Of a DNA stretch of 40,541 bases, positions 26,783 through 33,057 are shown one piece after another (position 1 is the first letter of the stretch; every line of letters begins with the position of its first letter). The DNA is from a virus: positions 1-40,541 of the IMG/VR virus record IMGVR_UViG_3300043609_000044. One strand, written 5' to 3'. Below the pieces are notes generated by a model. That model worked only from the letters and a program-made list of their open reading frames with translations, did not search any database and had not been told where the DNA came from. A program made the position numbers and the translations under genes.

Positions 26783-27120
26783 CGGACGTGCCCGCGCAGG
26801 CGTTTCGGGAGGCGGCAGCGAAGGCGCAGTTAGCAGCGGCCAGATGTCGAGAGAGCAAGCGGTACTACGAAGAAACCTTGTGGAATGAACAGGCTGTGTT
26901 GCTCCTCGCCGCCGCCGAGCAGCGCGAGCAGCTCGACGCCGTGATGTACAGCGACGACCAGGTGATCACGGCGCTCCGCGCCGAGCGCGACCAGGCGCGC
27001 ACCGAGATCGCGCAGGCCGTGGCCACGATCCACGCCACCCCCCTCTACTGGTCGCAGGACGCGCTCATGGACGTCCTCGACATTCTCGCCCCCAACGACG
27101 CCCACCCGTCAACCCTTTGA
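26779..27120 (+). CDS. Hypothetical helical protein
   Basis: ATGA overlap with the upstream stop. Confidence 0.55.
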   Translation: MTDVPAQAFREAAAKAQLAAARCRESKRYYEETLWNEQAVLLLAAAEQREQLDAVMYSDDQVITALRAERDQARTEIAQAVATIHATPLYWSQDALMDVLDILAPNDAHPSTL

Positions 27121-27230
27121 CAGGTTCGCCAAAATAGGCTAGCCTGAAGCCAAGCGACAGCCACCCACCCTCCTGAAGTACAAGATCAAGATCTTCCGGC
27201 ACCTAGACGACGCGAACACCCGGTAGGGTT

Positions 27231-27372
27231 GAGCGTCGGCACGACCCTCCCCCGGGCATTGCTGCGGAGCAGCAAACTTCAGCGCGCACGGCTGCGCGGG
27301 GGGTAAGTGCCGCGCGTGGCGCGGCACGGGTAAAGCCCCCGCCGCGCCGGCCCAGCGCGTCGTCCGACGCTC
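27231..27372. ncRNA. Candidate structured RNA (closing helix plus three hairpins), family unknown
   Basis: 27231-27245 pairs with 27359-27372 (14 bp, one bulge). Perfect hairpins at 27259-27275, 27283-27298 and 27307-27327. No credible ORF. Confidence 0.35.
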
Positions 27373-27551
27373 TTGACCTTCGTTCCGTTCCGTTCTTCTC
27401 AGGTGTCAAAAAAAAACACCCACCCCCGTCTCGTCCCTGCCGCGTCCGCTAACGCGTCCGCCGCAGGCACCCCCCTCCGTGACTTAGGCATAGAGAAACT
27501 ATGCCTTCGCTCACACGGACCAGACGGCGCTCCTAAGAGCGTCGGCTGGCG

Positions 27552-27593
27552 CACACCCTGACCTGAATATCCAAACCCGGCACACACCCTGAC
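27552..27593. repeat. Two direct repeats CACACCCTGAC spaced 31 bp (iteron-like)
   Basis: Copies at 27552-27562 and 27583-27593. The second lies in a GGCAC...GTGCC hairpin. Confidence 0.5.
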
Positions 27594-27679
27594 GTGCCAA
27601 GGCCGGGGCCCGTGGGGCCCTGGCCGGGGGCCGTCCGCCGGGACGGCGGCCGGCGTGCGCACGAGCACGCGCGCTGCGC

Positions 27680-27720
27680 GTCAGAGTAGAAGAGAGTGCC
27701 TACTCTCTTCCTACTCTGAC
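27680..27720. terminator. Long hairpin (18 bp, one bulge, GCCT loop) at a convergent junction
   Basis: GTCAGAGTAGAAGAGAGT-gcct-ACTCTCTTC(C)TACTCTGAC. No U-tract, so its role as a bidirectional terminator is inferred. Confidence 0.45.
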
Positions 27721-27775
27721 TCCGTCTGATAATGGTCGTTATGCTTACACTGTCGAACCCTCGGAAACCCTTGCT

Positions 27776-28282
27776 CTATATGGGTTCGTGAGGGATGGCA
27801 GGTAGTAACGCGGGGTTATGTGTGCTGTCGGGGAGGGTATTCACGTCGATACTCTGCGTGCTATGCGTCTGGCGCATGGCTACCACGTCGCCAGAACCCA
27901 CAATGACCGTCACCCCTTGGTTCTGGGGGTCGGGTGCAACGACACCAACGGCGATGAGTGCATCCCGCATCGGACGGTGTTCGCCGCGCTTGGCCGCTTT
28001 GTCGAAGCTGCGAACCCAGTGTTCCGCGGCAAGGTGAGCATTCGCTTTCAGGACACCAAGGGCCGTGGTCGTCGTGGGTTCGCTGCGTCGAAGGATATCG
28101 ACGACGCGTTGATGGCTAAGTTTGACGATACGCGCGATTTCCGACGTGGACACGCCTTGGAGCTGGAGGCGGAGGACATGGATGACTTCGAGGCTAGAGA
28201 TACGCGTGTAGGGTTTGCGGGACGGCGGACGCTTGGTGCCGTATTTACCGCGATCTTCGCGTGTCTCGCTTGCCGCTTCCAC
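27776..28282 (-). CDS. HTH DNA-binding protein (regulator; small-terminase-like possibility not excluded)
   Basis: LQGVSTSEIARIVKLSHQRVVDILRR is a helix-turn-helix. GTG start. Confidence 0.65.
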   Translation of the reverse strand: MEAASETREDRGKYGTKRPPSRKPYTRISSLEVIHVLRLQLQGVSTSEIARIVKLSHQRVVDILRRSEPTTTTALGVLKANAHLAAEHWVRSFDKAAKRGEHRPMRDALIAVGVVAPDPQNQGVTVIVGSGDVVAMRQTHSTQSIDVNTLPDSTHNPALLPAIPHEPI

Positions 28283-28334
28283 GCGTGCATTGTCGCACGG
28301 GTCAAGTTTTTTTTCGTCTCGTCGTCTAAACCCC

Positions 28335-28371
28335 TTGACATCCTATAGACGCTGTCTGTAAGATGTCTGTA
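28335..28371 (+). promoter_or_regulatory. Sigma-70-like promoter with tandem TGTCTGTA repeats (early small-gene operon)
   Basis: TTGACA (28335-28340), 18-nt spacer, TAAGAT (28359-28364). TGTCTGTA at 28353 and 28364 overlaps the -10. A candidate divergent promoter lies on the opposite strand. Confidence 0.4.
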
Positions 28372-28423
28372 TTGGATGCATGGTGCATTCAGTGAACGCC
28401 TGATGACGGGCAAGGGGTTTGAG

Positions 28424-28771
28424 ATGACGAAGACGACGACGAAGCTGCAGTGCTGGAATTGCATTGGGGATGGCTGTTCCGCGTGCGGGTATCAGACGCC
28501 ACGGGTCGAGGCTATGACGCGGTTGACCATGAAGGACGACGGCGTGAACGCGATCGACTTGGGCGTTATTGGGCCGTGGCAATACGCCGTGGACTTCATG
28601 GGGACGACGGCGGCGAACGTTTGGCGCCGGACAGCGGCAGAGGCGGGGACGTATGGCGGTTGGCGGTTTGAATGTGGTTCACATGTGCCGGGACAGTATC
28701 GGCAGCTCCCGGAGTTCGTGGCGCTCGCGTGTCGGTTGGACGACGCGATCGGCTGGATACGTCAGCAGTAG
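28424..28771 (+). CDS. Small Cys-rich hypothetical protein
   Basis: CWNCIGDGCSACGY zinc-ribbon-like motif. Start uncertain (28376, 28403 or 28424). Confidence 0.55.
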   Translation: MTKTTTKLQCWNCIGDGCSACGYQTPRVEAMTRLTMKDDGVNAIDLGVIGPWQYAVDFMGTTAANVWRRTAAEAGTYGGWRFECGSHVPGQYRQLPEFVALACRLDDAIGWIRQQ

Positions 28772-28846
28772 GACGCGTGAAAGGGCGACGGCAGGCCGGA
28801 AGGCCTGTAACCCCCGAGGCTGGTCCGAACGCCAGCCACAGTGAAA

Positions 28847-28884
28847 CGCCTAACGGGTTGGGCATACCGAAAGAGAGAGACAAC
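28847..28884 (+). promoter_or_regulatory. Leader stem-loop motif, copy A
   Basis: GCCT-aacGGGTT-GGGC then CATA and a purine-rich RBS before ATG 28885. Confidence 0.45.
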
Positions 28885-29244
28885 ATGACGACACCTGCGA
28901 GTCAAGCACGCGCGAAACGGTTTTTGGATACGTTCGTGCGCTCGGAATTTGTCGCGAATTGGACTGCTGAACACACCAACGACGGCGGATACGCGCGGCC
29001 GGGCAGCGACGATCGCGACCGATACGACCGGTGCGATGAGGCGGCCGAGAACGGATCGGACGGCATGACCCATGCCGAACACATCTCGGACTGGCGGAAG
29101 GCATTGCCCGCGTATGTGCGGACGTATTCACGGCGGAACCGCTGGTCGGAACTGGAGCGGTTCCTGGCAGCGGTGGAGGCGGAAATTGACGCCGTTGAGG
29201 CGTGGCACGAAGCGAATGGTTCGCTCTTTCAGGAAATTGGGTAA
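28885..29244 (+). CDS. Hypothetical protein
   Basis: ATG after GAAAGAGAGAGA. 119 aa. Confidence 0.65.
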   Translation: MTTPASQARAKRFLDTFVRSEFVANWTAEHTNDGGYARPGSDDRDRYDRCDEAAENGSDGMTHAEHISDWRKALPAYVRTYSRRNRWSELERFLAAVEAEIDAVEAWHEANGSLFQEIG

Positions 29245-29251
29245 CCGTTCG

Positions 29252-29286
29252 CGCGTTGCGGCCTGAGTCACTCAGGCCAGAACGCG
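29252..29286 (+). terminator. Two-tier hairpin after gene 28885..29244
   Basis: CGCGTT-gc-GGCCTGAG-tca-CTCAGGCC-ag-AACGCG. No U-tract. Confidence 0.4.
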
Positions 29287-29296
29287 ACGAGCGGAT

Positions 29297-29341
29297 CTCC
29301 CTCGCCGCTGGGGTTCAGCGGCATAACCGAAGGACAGAGAC
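29297..29341 (+). promoter_or_regulatory. Leader stem-loop motif, copy B
   Basis: TCCCTCGCC then CCGCTG-GGGTT-CAGCGG then CATAA and GAAGGACAGAGA before ATG 29342. Confidence 0.45.
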
Positions 29342-29524
29342 ATGGCATTCACCTTGACACTGAAGACGGAGAACGCGGCATTCGAGGGGGACAACCTTGA
29401 ACACGAGATCGCGCGCATCTTGCGCGTCATTGCCGACAAGTTAGAGAACGGATATCGCCACGGGACGGCGCGCGATCTCAACGGCAACATGGTCGCCCAG
29501 TTCCGGGTAAAGGGGGCGAAGTGA
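29342..29524 (+). CDS. Small hypothetical protein
   Basis: 60 aa. IARILRVIADKLENG ... DLNGNMVAQF is a pattern I recall from many phage early genes, function unknown. Confidence 0.6.
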   Translation: MAFTLTLKTENAAFEGDNLEHEIARILRVIADKLENGYRHGTARDLNGNMVAQFRVKGAK

Positions 29525-29605
29525 TGGCCGCTGAACAGCTCCAAGACTTGATCGCCGGGGTCACCGTGACGAGCACGGAAGGCGCCAGTCTCGCATGGGT
29601 ATCGC

Positions 29606-29887
29606 GTGACGATCCGGTATCAGCGCCGTGCGATGTCGTTCGACTACTGGCACGGGAGCGCGATCGCGCATACGCCACAGGATCGGCCAGCGGAAACCCT
29701 CGATAGCATTCTGTCGGACGCGCAAGCCGGCGAGGAGTCCTTCGAGGACTTCTGCGGAAACTTCGGATACGACACCGACTCGCGCAAGGCTGAGCGGCTG
29801 TATCGCGCCTGCCAGCGGACGAACAAGGCCGTACGGCGCGTGTTCGGGGACGACTTCGAGCGGTTCATTGCAGCGGAACGTGACTGA
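29606..29887 (+). CDS. Hypothetical protein (FCGNFGYDTDSRKAERLY motif); N-terminus possibly continued in another frame from 29521
   Basis: GTG 29606 or ATG 29633. The upstream frame 29521..29706 begins with a GTGA overlap. See finding. Confidence 0.55.
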   Translation: MTIRYQRRAMSFDYWHGSAIAHTPQDRPAETLDSILSDAQAGEESFEDFCGNFGYDTDSRKAERLYRACQRTNKAVRRVFGDDFERFIAAERD

Positions 29888-29938
29888 CGGTCTAGCGTTT
29901 CGGTCGGCCCGCCTGGGGCCGTCCGAAGGGCTATCGAC

Positions 29939-29979
29939 CTTCCCTCGCCTGGGGTTCCGGGCATCAAAGGATAGACGCA
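29939..29979 (+). promoter_or_regulatory. Leader stem-loop motif, copy C
   Basis: TTCCCTCGCC with GCCTGG-GGTT-CCGGGC then CAT and AAAGGATAGA before ATG 29980. Confidence 0.45.
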
Positions 29980-30297
29980 ATGAGCACGTATACGCCCGAA
30001 TGGGCACGAGAGCACAACCCGACGGCCAGCATGACCCACGCGGAGATGACGGCCTATTACAAAGCGAACAGTTTGCGCGGCGATGCGATGTTCGCGCTGC
30101 GGCCGGGTGTCGAGACCCCGGCCGTCATTCTCGACGGCTGGCAGGCCGTCTTGACGGCGTTGGACGCGCGCAAAGGGAAGGCCTCGCCGGCATTGAAGGC
30201 CGAGGGGAAGCGCCTCCGCACCTTGACGCGTGAATGGCTGGCCGACCAGCCGAGGGATACGCGGTTCGAGGCGATCGACGAAAGCGAGGCGGCATAA
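29980..30297 (+). CDS. Hypothetical protein
   Basis: 105 aa. Its stop overlaps the next ATG (TAATG). Confidence 0.65.
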   Translation: MSTYTPEWAREHNPTASMTHAEMTAYYKANSLRGDAMFALRPGVETPAVILDGWQAVLTALDARKGKASPALKAEGKRLRTLTREWLADQPRDTRFEAIDESEAA

Positions 30298-30494
30298 TGG
30301 CGACGAATATCAAGCGCCTGTTTGGGGTGGCGTGCGTGGTGGCCGGCGTGGGGGCCCTGTTTCTGGGGGGATCGTTGCTCTCGAATGCGACCTCGGGCGT
30401 CGGGGTCATTGGGGCCGCGTGTTTTTTGGGTATCGTGGCCCGGCTGGCGCAGGCCAGCGCACACCATGACGAGCGGATGAAAGGGGGCCAGTAA
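30297..30494 (+). CDS. Small two-TM membrane protein
   Basis: LFGVACVVAGVGALFLGG and VIGAACFLGIVARL hydrophobic segments. Confidence 0.6.
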   Translation: MATNIKRLFGVACVVAGVGALFLGGSLLSNATSGVGVIGAACFLGIVARLAQASAHHDERMKGGQ

Positions 30495-30733
30495 TGGCCC
30501 CCCTCTCTCGCGTCACGATCTTCCGGGGGCCGGGCTCATGGATGATCGACATGAGAGACGATCCCTCTGGGCCGGAAACCGCTGAGTTGTTCGGCGGCAC
30601 GATCCTCCCGCTTCCCTACACGTTGGCCGCCAGTCTCGATCGCGTGGTGCTCGGGCTGCGAAGACAGCACCCGGCCATCGTGATCACGTTCGCGGACTAC
30701 AGCACCGTGGTGCGACAGGCGGTGTCGGCATGA
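30494..30733 (+). CDS. Hypothetical protein
   Basis: TAATG coupling upstream, ATGA coupling downstream. Confidence 0.55.
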   Translation: MAPLSRVTIFRGPGSWMIDMRDDPSGPETAELFGGTILPLPYTLAASLDRVVLGLRRQHPAIVITFADYSTVVRQAVSA

Positions 30734-30981
30734 GGCGCAAAAAGTATCAGGAACTCGCGCGCCTGGCGCAACTGGAAGCACGCACGCGCGGCCACGACCT
30801 GGGCGCCTGGACGTGGGGGGGCATGTGGACACCGGGCCGGTCGGTGTCCGGCCGGGTGACAGGTTCGGCCAAGTGTATGGACTGCAAAGCGGAAGCGCAG
30901 ATCGTCTCGTGGCCGGACCCGGACGAAACCGAGATCGGCGGGCCGGCGACGGACACGGCCTGCCAGAAGGGACAGCCGTGA
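30730..30981 (+). CDS. Hypothetical protein
   Basis: ATGA overlap start. 83 aa. Confidence 0.5.
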   Translation: MRRKKYQELARLAQLEARTRGHDLGAWTWGGMWTPGRSVSGRVTGSAKCMDCKAEAQIVSWPDPDETEIGGPATDTACQKGQP

Positions 30982-31178
30982 CGAACCACCCGAAGGACGC
31001 GCCGCCCATCACGGGACTGGAGCTGGTGGCTATTGCGGCATTAGACGCCATCCCACCCGGCGACAACGAAACCGCCCATGTGGACGCCGAGGCGGTGCTC
31101 TTGGCGCTCGTGCATCCCGAGGTGCAGAAGGCGTGGGAACGAGCGAAGCAGCGCGTCGGAGGGTTTTGGTATGCGTAG
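30978..31178 (+). CDS. Hypothetical protein
   Basis: GTGA overlap start. Its first 16 nt after the start base (TGACGAACCACCCGAA) are identical to those of the next gene. Confidence 0.5.
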   Translation: MTNHPKDAPPITGLELVAIAALDAIPPGDNETAHVDAEAVLLALVHPEVQKAWERAKQRVGGFWYA

Positions 31179-31196
31179 CCCAGAGGGAGTCAGCCA

Positions 31197-31490
31197 ATGA
31201 CGAACCACCCGAACCGAGGGAAGAACCCGAACACCCCCGGCCGCACCCCCCGGCCGCACGAAGTGAAGGAAGCGCGGATCGCGCGCGGGTTGACACAGCA
31301 GGCCGCCGCGCGCCTCGTGCATTGCAGCCTGAATAGCTGGCAAAAGTGGGAGGCCGGCGAACGGCGCTGCCACCCGGCGATGTGGGAGCTGTTCCTACGG
31401 AAAACCAAGGCGCTGCCGGTGGCACCGGAGACGGCGGTGGAGGCCGTAGACGGCGAACCGGCGGTAGAGCCGGGGGACGACCAGACGTAG
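31197..31490 (+). CDS. XRE-family HTH protein
   Basis: ARIARGLTQQAAARLVHCSLNSWQKWEAGERR. Confidence 0.7.
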   Translation: MTNHPNRGKNPNTPGRTPRPHEVKEARIARGLTQQAAARLVHCSLNSWQKWEAGERRCHPAMWELFLRKTKALPVAPETAVEAVDGEPAVEPGDDQT

Positions 31491-31536
31491 CGCCACAGCG
31501 GCGCGGAGAGGCACGGACGGCCCGTCCTGGGGACAC

Positions 31537-31788
31537 TCAGGCGGGCCGTTTCTGTTTTCGCGCACGACACGCGCGCACGTTACAACGTCGGCTGCAGTAC
31601 TGGGCCTGCGCGTTCTTGTGCAGAAACGCCGCGCCACACTGCGTGCAGCGTCTCAGTGACCGGAACATCGGCCCGATCACGGCGTCGATCCGTTCCAGGG
31701 ACACGGCGATCTGCGTGAGCAGCACTAGTTGACGCGCGTGGATGTCCGTCATGGCGGCCAGCAGCGCGGCGATCTGTTCGTCACTCAT
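31537..31788 (-). CDS. Small protein with C-terminal CxxC...CSxxC zinc ribbon
   Basis: RRCTQCGAAFLHKNAQAQYCSRRCNVRACRARK. Confidence 0.6.
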   Translation of the reverse strand: MSDEQIAALLAAMTDIHARQLVLLTQIAVSLERIDAVIGPMFRSLRRCTQCGAAFLHKNAQAQYCSRRCNVRACRARKQKRPA

Positions 31789-31836
31789 GGTCGGGAGGGT
31801 AGCAGTACGTCGCGTGTACGGCTAGGATGTCGCGCT

Positions 31837-32097
31837 ATGGCGATCGTCCTGCACGTTCTTGAGGAAGACGAGACAGCCCCGGCGACCTACGTCGTGGCCT
31901 GCGACGTGGACGCGTATGAGGGGATCGGCGCGGTGACGGTGGGGAGCCTCCCGCACGCGAAACGGTTCGCGCATGCCGCCGAGGCGTGGGAATTCTGGAA
32001 GCGCCAGAGCACCGTCAGACCCCTGCGCGCGGACGGGAAACCAAATAGGCCATTAAGCGCCTTGACGGTGGAGTTCGTGACGGTGCCGGAGGGGTGA
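31837..32097 (+). CDS. Hypothetical protein
   Basis: Internal ATG (MAIVLHVL) chosen. Followed by the hairpin GCCGTC-N9-GACGGC. Confidence 0.55.
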   Translation: MAIVLHVLEEDETAPATYVVACDVDAYEGIGAVTVGSLPHAKRFAHAAEAWEFWKRQSTVRPLRADGKPNRPLSALTVEFVTVPEG

Positions 32098-32189
32098 CGC
32101 GCCGTCAAACGTTACGACGGCGCTACAACCAGAAAACAAATTGACGTGGGCGTGGAACCCTGTACTAGTGTGCCGGGGGCTATTTACCT

Positions 32190-32618
32190 ATGGCAAAAGG
32201 GAAACCTGCGGCCGTCACGCCGTCTCAAGTTCGGTTGCTCAATAATTTGCGCGCGTTGATGGCCGCCGCCAAAAACGCCGACCAAACTCAAGGCACTATC
32301 GCGCGGGCCGCAGGCCTGTCTCCACCGTACTTGAGCCTGATCCTCCGTGGCCGACGGAGTCTCTCCCTAGACGTGATCGAGGCGCTCGCGCCAGTGCTCG
32401 GGACCACCGCCGACGCCATCTTGCGACAAGACAATCCTGCTAGCGCCTCACGTGTCCCACTCAGCGCCTCACGTGACCCACTTATTGACCTGTTCGCGGC
32501 AGTGCTGAGGCTGCAGGAAATAGTCATGGAACAGGGACGGGCGATCACCGCGCTGGGAAAAGTTGCCACAAGGCCAGAGAAAGTTGCCACGCCTCAAAAC
32601 ATTGAGCAATCTGAGTGA
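32190..32618 (+). CDS. XRE-family HTH regulator
   Basis: QGTIARAAGLSPPYLSLILRGRRSLSLDVIEALAPVL. Candidate promoter upstream: TTGACG-16-TACTAG. Confidence 0.7.
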   Translation: MAKGKPAAVTPSQVRLLNNLRALMAAAKNADQTQGTIARAAGLSPPYLSLILRGRRSLSLDVIEALAPVLGTTADAILRQDNPASASRVPLSASRDPLIDLFAAVLRLQEIVMEQGRAITALGKVATRPEKVATPQNIEQSE

Positions 32619-32622
32619 AAAT

Positions 32623-32672
32623 TCGCCTTCACACGGCGAGGGTCGCAGGTTCGAGTCCTGCAGCGCCCACCA
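32623..32672 (+). tRNA. 3' half of a tRNA-Val(CAC) (anticodon arm to CCA); attP core, not a functional tRNA gene
   Basis: Anticodon stem TCGCC/GGCGA with loop TTCACAC, variable loop GGGTC, T-arm GCAGG-TTCGAGT-CCTGC, then AGCGCCC-A-CCA. No D-arm or 5' acceptor strand upstream. Confidence 0.75.
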
Positions 32673-32760
32673 CTTAAAACCTCAGCAAATCGTGCAAAAC
32701 CCTCGGCAATTCAGCGAAATGTATCAAATCACCCAGTTGCGCCGCCTTTGCCTAAACGAA

Positions 32761-32784
32761 CCCTAATAACCCTAAATACCCTGA
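32761..32784. repeat. Three 9-bp-phased CCCT(A/G)A repeats (candidate integrase arm-type sites)
   Basis: CCCTAA at 32761 and 32770, CCCTGA at 32779. They lie between the attP core and the int operon. Confidence 0.4.
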
Positions 32785-32816
32785 AAAGTTGCGAAAGAGG
32801 CCGTTTCGCAACTTTT
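32784..32816 (-). terminator. Perfect 13-bp hairpin terminator after the int-RHH operon
   Basis: AAAAGTTGCGAAA-gaggccg-TTTCGCAACTTTT, 3 nt after the RHH gene stop, with T/A runs at both ends. Confidence 0.7.
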
Positions 32817-32819
32817 CCC

Positions 32820-33056
32820 TCAGTGACGGGTCTTGGAGGGGCGCTTCTGCGGCAGCGTCGGGAGCCGCAGACGTGGGACGTAGGCCACTGGCTCCCGCGC
32901 GTCAATAGCCGCTTGGATATCAATCCCAAAGACCTGCGCGACACACAGCGCGATGATGTAGGACTGGCTGAAGTCGCGGCACAATGCCTCTTCCTCGACC
33001 GCCTCACGAATGGCGCGCAACACCGACGCGGGGAGATAGGGACGGGGACGCGACAT
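32820..33056 (-). CDS. Ribbon-helix-helix-like small protein (excisionase/RDF candidate)
   Basis: ATG 1 nt after the integrase stop. PYLPASVLRAIREAVEEEAL...SQSYIIALCVAQVF fits a beta-strand plus two helices. Strong GC3 bias. Confidence 0.5.
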   Translation of the reverse strand: MSRPRPYLPASVLRAIREAVEEEALCRDFSQSYIIALCVAQVFGIDIQAAIDAREPVAYVPRLRLPTLPQKRPSKTRH

Positions 33057-33057
33057 C

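Noticed and set aside
27231-27372. Retron msr/msd or DGR template interpretation of the structured non-coding RNA-like element
   Set aside because: No reverse-transcriptase ORF (no YxDD-type motif) exists anywhere in the genome. I also found no near-repeat of the fibre C-terminus that could serve as a TR/VR pair.
32590-32672. Complete tRNA gene
   Set aside because: There is no 5' acceptor strand (GGGCGCT) or D-arm upstream of the anticodon stem. Only the 3' half is present.
32563-32766. 67-aa ORF spanning the tRNA-like segment
   Set aside because: Its GRRFESCSAHH stretch is simply the translated T-arm and acceptor. The region is attP.
32761-32784. Telomere-like CCCTAA repeats
   Set aside because: There are only three imperfect units, adjacent to attP in a circular genome. 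They are better explained as recombinase/RDF arm-type sites.
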